Assembly: GCA_938002085.1 (NCBI GenBank)
Contig: CALLAT010000035.1
Span: 58,949-122,948 of the forward strand
Length of the DNA: 64,000 nucleotides
Direction of reading: 5' to 3'
DNA from: an uncultured Pseudanabaenaceae cyanobacterium
GTDB taxonomy: Bacteria; Cyanobacteriota; Cyanobacteriia; PCC-9006; JAAUQQ01
A program made the translations under genes and the position numbers. This document shows positions 20,779 to 29,865 of the stretch, one piece after another; positions within the stretch are counted from its first letter, which is position 1, and each line of letters starts with the position of its first letter. A model generated the notes under the pieces. The model was given only the letters and a program-made list of their open reading frames with translations, ran no database searches and was not told where the DNA came from.

Positions 20779-21603
20779 ATGGCTCCCCAACTTGGCTTAA
20801 TTGGCGGCGGTGTAATGGGCACCGCAATCCTGTCTCGGCTCCTAGAGCAAGGACGTTACAAGGCTGACGACGTCTTGGTTAGTGAACCTTGGGAGCAACG
20901 TCGAAATGAGCTCAAAGCCCAATATGGCGTCCAGGTAACTGACAACAATGGCGAAGCGGCTTCAGCGGATGTTCTATTGTTGGCAATCAAACCACAGGTT
21001 TTTGGAGCCGTTGCTGCTCAACTAGACAGCCAATTGGATAGGCAACAGCATTCTAAGATGCAACACCAACTGGTAGTGTCAATCCTTGCTGGAACGCCAC
21101 TCGAAACGCTACAGGCAGCGTTTGGTCAGCAGCCAATCATTCGTGCCATGCCCAATACCCCAGCCATTGTGGGGGCAGGTTGCACCGCGATCGCGGCGGG
21201 AGCCCATGCAACTCCAGAGCACATCGACCAGGCCCGACAGATTTTCTCCACAATTGGCTCCGTTGTAGAGGTACCCGAAAGCCTGATGGACGCCGTAACC
21301 GGACTCTCAGGTTCTGGTCCCGCTTATGTTGCCCTCATGGTCGAGGCCCTAGCCGATGGAGGCGTTTCCGCAGGGCTACCTAGAGCAACCGCGCAACAAC
21401 TGGCCTTAGAGACGGTTCTAGGCACCGCTGAGCTCCTCAAACAAACCGGCAAACACCCTGCTCAATTGAAAGACCAAGTGACTAGCCCTGGGGGAACAAC
21501 CATTGCAGGTGTGGCAGCCCTGGAGCGGGGAGGCTTTCGTGCGGCATTGATTGATGCAGTTCGGTCAGCTTGGCTACGCTCCCAAGAATTAGGACAACGC
21601 TAG
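20779..21603 (+). CDS. proC: Pyrroline-5-carboxylate reductase
   Basis: GLIGGGVMG Rossmann start, AIKPQ, and C-terminal VTSPGGTTIAG motif. Confidence 0.95.
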   Translation: MAPQLGLIGGGVMGTAILSRLLEQGRYKADDVLVSEPWEQRRNELKAQYGVQVTDNNGEAASADVLLLAIKPQVFGAVAAQLDSQLDRQQHSKMQHQLVVSILAGTPLETLQAAFGQQPIIRAMPNTPAIVGAGCTAIAAGAHATPEHIDQARQIFSTIGSVVEVPESLMDAVTGLSGSGPAYVALMVEALADGGVSAGLPRATAQQLALETVLGTAELLKQTGKHPAQLKDQVTSPGGTTIAGVAALERGGFRAALIDAVRSAWLRSQELGQR

Positions 21604-22228
21604 GTTGGAGTAGCCAACTCTATTTCGTATAAAGGCAAACATCTAAAAAGATAGACCGTTTCTCCTGTATTAGCATTTCCAGAAGGATGGGTTGAACCAC
21701 CAACTGAATGAGTCGCTAAATATTCTGTTTTCATCCCACGGATCCCTCTCAAAACAGAGTTGAAACGAACCGTTGGCGATGCACCAAAGTAATTGTAGAA
21801 GTCCCAATCCCAGAGAGTTAGAGGGATAGGAGCCCTCATTGAGCGATGGGTCACAAACCCCTGGGAGGTGCATACCCCAATTGAAGAAAAGGCCTGACCC
21901 CTCAGTCAGTCGAAGTTATGCCAACAACCTATGGAGGAACGCAGCCCTCGAAGACCTTCATCAGCTCATAGGGCTCCCGCACCACATAGGGATAAATTTG
22001 AGGCTGTAGAGGTGGGGCGCTGCTGCAATCCCACCTCTACAGCATTTACAACTCAGTGTTAGAAACAACTGTCATGTTTCAACAACTACCAAAGTGTTTT
22101 TTGAAGCACCGATACTAATTTTTAATGGCCTTGCTTCAGATGAATTCAGTATCCTCAGGAGTCTCTAGGTTTCATGAGTAGCTGGGGATTGGAAGTGGCA
22201 TGAGTCACTGTGAAGTCCATAGGGCTCT

Positions 22229-22277
22229 AGCAGAAAGGCTCCTGGAGATAATTAATATCTCCAGGAGCCTTTCTGCT
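22229..22277. repeat. Perfect 21-bp inverted repeat (possible plsY terminator, no U-tract)
   Basis: AGCAGAAAGGCTCCTGGAGAT (22229-22249) and its exact complement (22257-22277), with a 7-nt AT loop. Confidence 0.6.
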
Positions 22278-22351
22278 CTAAATGAATTGGTTGTTGGTTC
22301 CGGCAATACTGCCTGCCCAAAAGCCTAATTTTCCATGGCAGACCTAATCGA

Positions 22352-22999
22352 CTAAGCCACAGCCTTCTGGCCAATTTTCGGCTCGGTGCCTTCTAGCAAA
22401 CGAGACACGTTGCTGCGATGCCGCCAAATGACGTATGTGCCACCCGCAAGGCCAAAGAGCTGATAAGCCACAGGGAAACCCAGCACCATAGGAAGCGCAA
22501 TCGCTAGCGTTGCAGCCACTAGGGAGGAAAGGGAAACAATGCGAGATGCAGCTAAAGTCAAACCAAAACCGAGAAAAGCTCCCAGGGCAACGGGCCAAGC
22601 CATCGCTGCAAGAGTCCCCAACCCCGTAGCCACAGACTTCCCACCTCGGAACCCTAACCAAATAGGGGCACTGTGACCCAGCACTGCGGCCAGTGCAGAT
22701 AATGCAACCAGCGGTTCGAGTAAGGCTGATGCTTCTATCAGGTCAATTGTGACGAGGGAAAACAGCGATCGCGCCACCACTACCGCCGCAACTCCCTTCA
22801 AGACGTCAATTAGCAACACGACAATCGCAGGCCCTTTACCCAGGTTGCGCAGAACATTCGTAGTCCCTGTGGACCCTGATCCCCGTTCGCGGATATCAAA
22901 CCCTCCCAGGAGGCGCCCAGCCAAATATCCCGTCGGCAGAGAGCCAAAAAGATAAGCAACCAAAATCAGGCCGAAGGCAGAGAATATTGCGGTCAGCAT
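22352..22999 (-). CDS. plsY: Glycerol-3-phosphate acyltransferase PlsY
   Basis: FGSLPTGYLAGR, GSGSTGTTNVLR and GFRGGKSVATG motifs. Start set to ATG 22999 (MLTAIF...), giving 215 aa. Confidence 0.9.
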   Translation of the reverse strand: MLTAIFSAFGLILVAYLFGSLPTGYLAGRLLGGFDIRERGSGSTGTTNVLRNLGKGPAIVVLLIDVLKGVAAVVVARSLFSLVTIDLIEASALLEPLVALSALAAVLGHSAPIWLGFRGGKSVATGLGTLAAMAWPVALGAFLGFGLTLAASRIVSLSSLVAATLAIALPMVLGFPVAYQLFGLAGGTYVIWRHRSNVSRLLEGTEPKIGQKAVA

Positions 23000-23253
23000 G
23001 GTGGGCAAAGATTTACAATTTTTAACAAGTGAGCTAAATTCTAGCCCGTTACGACCCAGGATCACACCCCCTCAACAGATTTTTTTGCGCTAACTCGCAA
23101 AGCATATCCGTGGGTAGGGAAAAGAGAAGGATGCAGACGGTCTATACATCGTATATTTCCACAGCATCTGATCCCGCAATGGGGAGCAAAGCTTGCCACA
23201 GATCTTTGAAGAAGTCAGTGGCAAAGTCTATGGCTTAACAAATGAGTTCGGTG

Positions 23254-25053
23254 TTACAGCCAATCATCACTCTCGTCGTTGCGATTGCTTCGCAAGCTTC
23301 CAGATGAATCGCGGCCATAGCGATCTGATTGATCACTCTCACTATAACGACTGCGGCGGGGCTCCCGCCGAGCACCATATTCATCACCATAGGACTGAGC
23401 CGAGCCTTGCCCTTGGGAGCCCTGCCCTTGAGGAGCTTGGCCGTAGCCATCGTTGCGATCGCGACCATAGGGTTCCTGGCCATAGCCCGCTTGGCTATTT
23501 CCACCGGCATTCCCCTGGCCGTAGTTCTGGGAGCCATAGCCTGCCTGATTGGCGCCGGACTGCTCATAGCCACCGCCCTGGTTATAGCGGTCTTGGTCGT
23601 AGCTGCCTTGCCCTGAATTCTGCGCAGGATAGCCAGACTGGCCATAGTTGGATTGGCCATAACCTTGCTGCTGGCCATAGCCGCCTTGATCATATCGGGG
23701 CTGGCCATAGGGATCCTGGCCACCGTAGCCACCGCGAGGATCCTCTTCACGACCTAGGCCTAGGCTGCCAAAGGCTCGCTCAAATAAATTATCCGGTCCC
23801 GCCTCGAAAAGACCGCCGCTCTTGGGCTCTCGCTCTGGGCCAAAGCCATCGTCGTAGGAGGGGCGAGGCTTAGCAGGATCGGGGGCAAAGGCGATCCAGA
23901 GAGGAAAACGCAGCAGAGCCACATCCACCAACATCTCGCTCTCATCGAGAATGACCAGGGGCAAATCTCCCACTTGGAGCATCCGCTCTGCCCGTTGGGC
24001 AAGGACTTCAGGCGATTCGCAAAGGACGATGCCCTGATTGGGACCGAAGTCTTGGCGGGAGACACCGAGGCATTCTTGAAGGCCCCGTCGCCAGTCGCCG
24101 AGTCGCTCCGGGCTATTGGCCAGGATGAGGGCGCAGACGCGATCGCCATAGAACTCGTTCAGCACCGAGATCGCTGAAGAGGCAACCAAAATATTTTGCA
24201 AGCGGCTACCTAAGGTCCGCAGAGCACCGCGACCACCTTGGTCAAAGAACCACTTGGACACCGCATCCTCATGGACGATCTCGAAGGTACGGCGCAACTG
24301 CCAGGGTGGACCGTAGTAATCCGGGCTGGTGCGGTAACGCTCTAGCAGGTCGCGGATCTGCTGCTCCTGCTCCACATCGGTCTTTTGGGCAAATTCTGGC
24401 AGGGGCAAGGCCTGCTTTTCGCCATCAGTGGCCGCTGCATTGTCCTGGGGAGAGGGCTGAAACTGGCGATTGTCGCGCACGAGCTCCAACTTATCTGCCG
24501 AGGAAGCCAGATCCTGAAGACTCCCAACCAGGTAATCCTTGAAGCCTTGGACCCGCAGGGCTAAATCCTGGGAGGTCCCCACAAAGTTCTCACGCATTTC
24601 CTTGCGGATTGACTCCCGGCGACGCTCCAACTGCTCCACATTACGCTGGAGCTCTTCTTGGCGCTGCTTAAAAATGACTAAGCCATCTTCTAAAACCGTT
24701 TGCAGGGCTGCCTGCTTAGTTTCTAATTCTTGGGCCAGGCTATCTCGCTGACGGCAAAGCTCATCCACTTCAGCCTTGATCGTTTGCTTCTGAGCCGTGA
24801 GCTCATCCACAGAACTAGAACTCAAGTCTTCTTCGGGAGAATCATTGGCATGGATAGATTCGGCATGCTCTTCCGCCAAGGAGCTTTCTACTGATGATGC
24901 TCCAACGGAATTCTCTGACGGCTCTGCCTCAGAGCCATGGGATTGCGCAGTCGTTTCTAAGTCTTCGGGATTCATCATCAGGCTTGGAAGAGCAAGGGCA
25001 GCGTCAGCCGGCCGAAGGTCAAGGTTCAGTTGCACTGCCTGACCCAGGCTCAA
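23254..25053 (-). CDS. Conserved cyanobacterial protein (DUF3086-like by recollection): coiled-coil, globular core and a G/Q/S/Y low-complexity C-terminal tail
   Basis: 599-aa ORF with an acidic N-terminus, a long coiled coil (QKQTIKAEVDELCRQRDSLAQELE...) and a core ending ...FPLWIAFAPD. The tail is rich in YGQ/GYG repeats. Confidence 0.8.
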   Translation of the reverse strand: MSLGQAVQLNLDLRPADAALALPSLMMNPEDLETTAQSHGSEAEPSENSVGASSVESSLAEEHAESIHANDSPEEDLSSSSVDELTAQKQTIKAEVDELCRQRDSLAQELETKQAALQTVLEDGLVIFKQRQEELQRNVEQLERRRESIRKEMRENFVGTSQDLALRVQGFKDYLVGSLQDLASSADKLELVRDNRQFQPSPQDNAAATDGEKQALPLPEFAQKTDVEQEQQIRDLLERYRTSPDYYGPPWQLRRTFEIVHEDAVSKWFFDQGGRGALRTLGSRLQNILVASSAISVLNEFYGDRVCALILANSPERLGDWRRGLQECLGVSRQDFGPNQGIVLCESPEVLAQRAERMLQVGDLPLVILDESEMLVDVALLRFPLWIAFAPDPAKPRPSYDDGFGPEREPKSGGLFEAGPDNLFERAFGSLGLGREEDPRGGYGGQDPYGQPRYDQGGYGQQQGYGQSNYGQSGYPAQNSGQGSYDQDRYNQGGGYEQSGANQAGYGSQNYGQGNAGGNSQAGYGQEPYGRDRNDGYGQAPQGQGSQGQGSAQSYGDEYGARREPRRSRYSESDQSDRYGRDSSGSLRSNRNDESDDWL

Positions 25054-25068
25054 TAGATTGTGTCTAGG

Positions 25069-25557
25069 TTAATCGGTTGTGACCGCTTTGGCGGGGGCGG
25101 ATTCCTCCACCTGGGAAGCAGTGGGGGTTTGACCGCTCTCAGCATCTTCAGGTTGAGCAAGTGCAGAATCGGGTAAACGCGGACATCGAGCCACCGCGCA
25201 GTCCCTCAATTGCTGGGGATTGAACAGCATCGGAACGAAGTGGATATTGTTAACTTCGTTGAAGTAAAACAATATCGGCAATGGTTCCCAAAAGATTTCC
25301 CAATGGCTCCAGTCGGTGTAGGGGAAGGTTCGCAGGCGCTTTTCGCCCCGGTAGAGGTCTAGCGCTTTGCCGGTGAAGTGAATGCGCAGGATTGTGGCCT
25401 GGACAGCAAGAAAGATTGCGAAGAGGCCTACGACTAAGCCCACCCAGAGGTTAAGGAGTCCCAACGGGATAGCGATCGCCCCAACGCCTAGGGCCAAGTT
25501 ATAGCTGGGATCCAAAATAACGGTTTCTAGTTCAGGCTCAGGACATTCAAAAACCAC
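25069..25557 (-). CDS. Small membrane protein (DUF3119-like by recollection)
   Basis: Two TM helices followed by a W/F-rich soluble part (FPYTDWSHWEIFWEPLPILFYF). Ends 15 nt before the start codon of the next gene downstream on the minus strand. Confidence 0.65.
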   Translation of the reverse strand: MVFECPEPELETVILDPSYNLALGVGAIAIPLGLLNLWVGLVVGLFAIFLAVQATILRIHFTGKALDLYRGEKRLRTFPYTDWSHWEIFWEPLPILFYFNEVNNIHFVPMLFNPQQLRDCAVARCPRLPDSALAQPEDAESGQTPTASQVEESAPAKAVTTD

Positions 25558-25644
25558 GGGGCACCGACAAGAAACAACGAAGTCTACTCATTGTATCGAG
25601 AAGGCAGACTAGGATGCCCCAGGACCGAACCGACCGACTTCTTT

Positions 25645-26430
25645 CTACAGATTGGCTAAAGCGCTGCCTTGCCCTTGAAACAGCAGCCCCGACAAAAAGA
25701 AGTTCACCACAAAAATCAGCAGCAGCGTTGTGACAACGGCAGCGGTTGTCGATTCTCCGACTCCCTTAGCGCCCCCCGTCGTTGTTAATCCCCAGCTGGA
25801 GCCAATCACCGCTACGAGCCCACCAAAGACCACAGCCTTGATCATGGCGCTGACGAGGTCCCAGACGCTGAGGAATTGACGGACGGAGTTGATAAAAATG
25901 GCTTGGCTCATGCCAAAGACTGTTGTGGCCACTAAGAGACCGGCGAGGGTTCCGGCGATCGCAAATACCAAGGTCAAAATCGGCATCATCAAGCTACAGG
26001 CCAAAACCCGAGGCACCACCAAATAATCCACAGGGTCCGTGCGCAACACAAACAGGGCATCGATCTGCTCTGTAACCCGCATGGTGCCAATCTCCGCCGC
26101 AAAGGCCGAGCCCATACGCCCCGCGAGCAACACTGCCGCAATCACCGGAGCCAGCTCCCGCACCAGGGCCAGGACCAATACCCCCCCCACAACAGCACCC
26201 GCACCAAAGCGGAGAAACTCCCGCGCCACCTGGATCGTAAAGACTGATCCCACCGACAGAGCAGCCACCCCAGTAATCAGCAAAGAAGCCGGTCCCGCCG
26301 CCTGCATTTGCTCAATCGTATTGCGGCGATTGATTCGGCCTCGCAATAGATGCACCAAAACCTGTCCCGCCAGAAGAATGGCGGACCAAAGGCGACGGAG
26401 CCAGCGGTTGAGACCGAGGTTTTTGGACAA
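25645..26430 (-). CDS. MlaE/TGD1-like ABC transporter permease (lipid trafficking)
   Basis: 261 aa. Typical MlaE motifs GPASLLITGV..., REL.PV..A...AGR.GSAFAAEIGTMRVTEQIDAL. Confidence 0.9.
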   Translation of the reverse strand: MSKNLGLNRWLRRLWSAILLAGQVLVHLLRGRINRRNTIEQMQAAGPASLLITGVAALSVGSVFTIQVAREFLRFGAGAVVGGVLVLALVRELAPVIAAVLLAGRMGSAFAAEIGTMRVTEQIDALFVLRTDPVDYLVVPRVLACSLMMPILTLVFAIAGTLAGLLVATTVFGMSQAIFINSVRQFLSVWDLVSAMIKAVVFGGLVAVIGSSWGLTTTGGAKGVGESTTAAVVTTLLLIFVVNFFLSGLLFQGQGSALANL

Positions 26431-26471
26431 AATTCAGCTACGCATCACAAAAAACAACATCAGCAAAGCAA

Positions 26472-27206
26472 TCATAAACAGCGGCCAAACAATTCCTGCA
26501 CCTGCATCCAGGCATCCTTTGCGGCAGCTTCCACATAGGCCGATCGCCCATCACAGAAGAAACCATGACCGGCGTCATCGTAGCGAAAGATTTTGTGATC
26601 AACGCCATTGGCTTTAAGGGCAGCTTCGATTTCATCCACCTGACCATTGGGAATCAACTGGTCTTCGTTACCAAAGAAGCCATAGAGTTCACCACCAATC
26701 TGACGAGTGCGCGTCAGCGTCGGTGGCTCGCCTGCGCCAGGGGTCATGGTGGTAATGCCCGCGCCGTAGAAGCTGGCCGTTGCTTTGACCTCCGGCAGGG
26801 TGGCAGCGAGGTAGACAACATGGCCACCAAAGCAGAAGCCGATGGTGCCCACACCACCGGGTTTCACATTGGGCTTGGACTGGAGGAAGGCGATCGCCGC
26901 CCCCACATCACCCAGCAGCTCTTCCGCATCGGTCATTTCCTTATACTTGCGCCCTTCCTTCAGCCCTGCTTCGTTGTAAGACACCTCAAAGCCAGGGGCG
27001 TTGCGCTGGTAGATGGCGGGGGCCAGGGTGATGTAGTTGGAGCGGGCGAGGCGATCGCAAACATCACGAATATGGGCATTCACCCCAAAGACTTCCTGGA
27101 TGACCACCACAGCTGGGAAGGGGCCATCGCCAGTGGGTTCTGCGAGATAAGCCTCAATTTTCAGATCACCATTGAGAACCTGTACAGCTTGCGTCTGAAT
27201 CGTCAT
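26472..27206 (-). CDS. Dienelactone hydrolase family protein
   Basis: PAVVVIQEVFGVN..., GFCFGG nucleophile elbow with Cys, and DAGHGFF. Confidence 0.9.
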   Translation of the reverse strand: MTIQTQAVQVLNGDLKIEAYLAEPTGDGPFPAVVVIQEVFGVNAHIRDVCDRLARSNYITLAPAIYQRNAPGFEVSYNEAGLKEGRKYKEMTDAEELLGDVGAAIAFLQSKPNVKPGGVGTIGFCFGGHVVYLAATLPEVKATASFYGAGITTMTPGAGEPPTLTRTRQIGGELYGFFGNEDQLIPNGQVDEIEAALKANGVDHKIFRYDDAGHGFFCDGRSAYVEAAAKDAWMQVQELFGRCL

Positions 27207-27245
27207 TGAAAAGTGCTTGATAAAGAAACATCAAACCCCTGGTAG

Positions 27246-27264
27246 GGGTCGGGTCTCCCGACCC
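27246..27264 (-). terminator. GC-rich hairpin, candidate terminator of the upstream minus-strand gene
   Basis: GGGTCGGG/CCCGACCC with a 3-nt loop. On the minus strand it is followed by a T-rich stretch. Confidence 0.45.
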
Positions 27265-27353
27265 AGGCTAAATGCCTTTGCGTCTAACAGATTGAAAGAA
27301 TTATCCAGCAGGTCGGCATAAGTACCTTGTTGCGGGCGCAGGAACCGATGCCC

Positions 27354-28577
27354 CTACGGAATTTCGACAAAAATCTGATACCTGGACTCCGCCGCCGCTG
27401 TCACCTCCACAACGTATTTCCCATTCTGAGGCAAAGGCCGACCCAAGCTGGTGTTTTCTGGGCTGAGCAACCCCAGAGACTTGCCCCCAGGAGTTAGCAG
27501 ATAAACCTTGACCTCGCCAGATTGCAGGGTGAGCTGGAGCTGCTGGGCCTCTCGCGCAGTTAATTCATAGCGATGCACATCCCCTGGCAACAACCGTCCA
27601 GAGAGGTATTCGAAGGTGCCACCCGGAAAAAACTGCACCGGCTGGGTAAAGCTGCCGGTGATATAGCCCGTGGAACGCAGGTGGTGCTTGAGGCTGGTAA
27701 TGAAGGCGGGGCGATCGCGCCAAGGATACAGCTGCTCCAACCGCTGCCAACCATCCACTTCTTGACCCAGCAAATATTTATCGGCCATGTAAGCCGCCAA
27801 GACAGAGCGAATCACACTCAGATAAACCTGCCCCTCAGTCTCAGCTGTTATGTCCTGGCTGGGCTCCGGCAGAGGCAACTCCTGACGCAGCTCCCGATAG
27901 CGCAGCCACAAACGGTAGGCATCGCCATAGACCTGCTTGGGGTAGTCTCGACTGACATCCGCAAAGCTTCCTTCGTCGTAGCGCCAAATCTGAATGGGGT
28001 AAAAGGAAGCTGCATAGGCTGCAAAGGCATAGGCGAAGCGATCGTCCTGACTAATCCATTCAGGAGCCCCTTGCCGATCACTGCTCTGGTCCAAATCAGC
28101 GAGATCAAAAGCGCCATTTCCCCAAGGGTGACTCGTAAAGACATAGCGATCCTCCGCACCGCTACTCCCCGGCTGATAGCGATAAACCAAGGAAGAGAAA
28201 CAACAATGGGCTCCCCCGGAGAAGTTTCCCAGGTGCACCTCCGGCTCAGCATCTCCATCCAGGTCCAGCACTTTCAAGTCACTGAGGTTGCACAACGCTG
28301 GGCCTTCGGGAATCGCAGTCGCATCGCCATAATCCAATGACAGGTCCTGCTCCAAGATCACCTGGCCTTGACGCAAAATCGTTAGCTGAGCAGCCTCAGC
28401 GCAAATGCCATCACCGGGAACAACGCTCAATTCAGCTTGGACATCTCCCGCAAATGCCGTGGTCTTCTGGGGACTGAGCGGGGCCTGCTCGGTCAAGTCT
28501 TGGGCCCGCACAGCTGAAACCGAAGCCAACATTAGGGAAAACAGAATCCCCACACCACCGGCTGCTTTGGCCCCCAT
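27354..28577 (-). CDS. Secreted hypothetical protein
   Basis: Signal peptide MGAKAAGGVGILFSLMLASVSAVRAQD, a VLDLDGDAEPE acidic loop, and a C-terminal beta-rich segment. No family recognised with confidence. Confidence 0.7.
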   Translation of the reverse strand: MGAKAAGGVGILFSLMLASVSAVRAQDLTEQAPLSPQKTTAFAGDVQAELSVVPGDGICAEAAQLTILRQGQVILEQDLSLDYGDATAIPEGPALCNLSDLKVLDLDGDAEPEVHLGNFSGGAHCCFSSLVYRYQPGSSGAEDRYVFTSHPWGNGAFDLADLDQSSDRQGAPEWISQDDRFAYAFAAYAASFYPIQIWRYDEGSFADVSRDYPKQVYGDAYRLWLRYRELRQELPLPEPSQDITAETEGQVYLSVIRSVLAAYMADKYLLGQEVDGWQRLEQLYPWRDRPAFITSLKHHLRSTGYITGSFTQPVQFFPGGTFEYLSGRLLPGDVHRYELTAREAQQLQLTLQSGEVKVYLLTPGGKSLGLLSPENTSLGRPLPQNGKYVVEVTAAAESRYQIFVEIP

Positions 28578-28814
28578 ATTTCACCTCGACCGAATGACAT
28601 CGTGACTTCCTCATCATGCTGGGCGAACTGACCCCGGAGGCAAAAATTTCTCTAAGAAATATAAACATCTGCCGGACTAATCAAGGCTGGGCATTGCAAT
28701 CAAATACATAGGGTTCCTCACCCCGAGGGCGGAATCTGCTTTCCCCGCCTAGAATAGGGGCCTAGATATCGTTCCGCGTCCGTTTTTTGCATTTGCCCCT
28801 CACTGCGCTGCTTC

Positions 28815-29795
28815 ATGGTCAAGTTTTTCATTCAGCCCGAAAGCGAAATCCCCGCTTCTAATCAGCTGTACAACCAGATCATGTTTGCGATCGCCGCACG
28901 CAAGTTTCCCCCTGGCCAAAAGCTGCCCAGCACCCGGCAGCTCGCTATGCAGACCGGCCTGCACCGCAACACCATTAGCAAGGTCTACCGTCAGCTCGAA
29001 GAAGACGGCCTAGTCGATGCCCAGGCAGGCTCTGGCATCTACGTGCGCCAGGGCGAAGACGCAGAGGGCACCGGCTCCGTCACCCTGCTCAAGCGCCACC
29101 CCGACACCTACAAGGTTGTCCGCCAGACCCTAGATGACTTGGTAAAGCAGGGCTGCTCCCTCAACGAAGCGCGGGACATGTTCCTGGCCGAAATCGATTG
29201 GCGGCTGCGCTGTAGCGCCCAAGTGCTAGTCACCGTTCCCTCCGATGACATCGGTGCTGGTGAGCTAATGGTGCGAGAGCTAGAGCAGGCTCTCAAAATC
29301 CCCGTTCAGCTGGTGCCCTTAGAAGAACTGGGCAACATCCTCAACCAAACCCGCTCCGCCACCGTCGTCACCAGCCGCTACTTCATTAGCAGCGCCGAGG
29401 AAATCGCCGGGCCTAAATCCGTACGAGTCATCCCCGTAGATGTCTACGACTACAGTAATGAGCTGCAAATCCTCAGTCAGCTTAGCCCAGGCACCTGTGT
29501 GGGCATTGTCAGCTTGAGCGCTGGCCTGCTGCGAGGCGCGGATGTCTATATCCGCAGTCTCATGGGGGAGAAGCTGCTGCTGATGAGCACCAAAACCAGC
29601 GATGCCTACAAATTGAAGGCGATCGCCCGCAGTGCTTCCATTATCCTTTGCGACCAAGCCAGTGCCGAAGCCGTCAAGCAGGCCATCTTCCGCGTCCAAG
29701 ACGACTTGATTCGCCATCCCAAGATTGTCCGCTGCGAGAACTTCATCAGCACCGACTCCGTCGCACTGCTCAAACGCGAGCTGGGCCTGTCCTAG
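28815..29795 (+). CDS. GntR-family transcriptional regulator, PlmA-like
   Basis: N-terminal wHTH LPSTRQLAMQTGLHRNTISKVYRQLEEDGLVDAQAGSGIYV. The roughly 250-aa C-terminal domain is unlike FadR/HutC/MocR types. Size and cyanobacterial context fit PlmA (recollection). Confidence 0.75.
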   Translation: MVKFFIQPESEIPASNQLYNQIMFAIAARKFPPGQKLPSTRQLAMQTGLHRNTISKVYRQLEEDGLVDAQAGSGIYVRQGEDAEGTGSVTLLKRHPDTYKVVRQTLDDLVKQGCSLNEARDMFLAEIDWRLRCSAQVLVTVPSDDIGAGELMVRELEQALKIPVQLVPLEELGNILNQTRSATVVTSRYFISSAEEIAGPKSVRVIPVDVYDYSNELQILSQLSPGTCVGIVSLSAGLLRGADVYIRSLMGEKLLLMSTKTSDAYKLKAIARSASIILCDQASAEAVKQAIFRVQDDLIRHPKIVRCENFISTDSVALLKRELGLS

Positions 29796-29865
29796 CCACA
29801 TCGTAGTCACAGACATGGGTCGAGGAAGGGCGTTAGGCTAGGACTATCGCCACCCAACCTCGTAA

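Noticed and set aside
21600-21873. Minus-strand ORFs of 84 and 67 aa downstream of proC
   Set aside because: They overlap each other in different frames, have no recognisable family and no RBS. I treat them as possible pseudogene debris (see findings) rather than genes.
23193-23873. ORFs 23193..23873 (+), 23235..23750 (-) and 23329..23616 (+) across the low-complexity region
   Set aside because: They are artefacts of the repetitive GGN/CAR/TAY coding repeat of the 599-aa minus-strand gene. They yield His/Arg- or Ala/Met-rich nonsense with no starts in good context.
26039-27209. Plus-strand ORFs 26039..26617 (192 aa) and 26565..27209 (214 aa)
   Set aside because: They lie antisense to clearly recognisable MlaE-like and dienelactone hydrolase genes. 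Their products are Arg/Pro-rich with no motifs.
27573-28340. 255-aa plus-strand ORF
   Set aside because: It lies antisense to the longer minus-strand ORF, which has a signal peptide and coherent composition.
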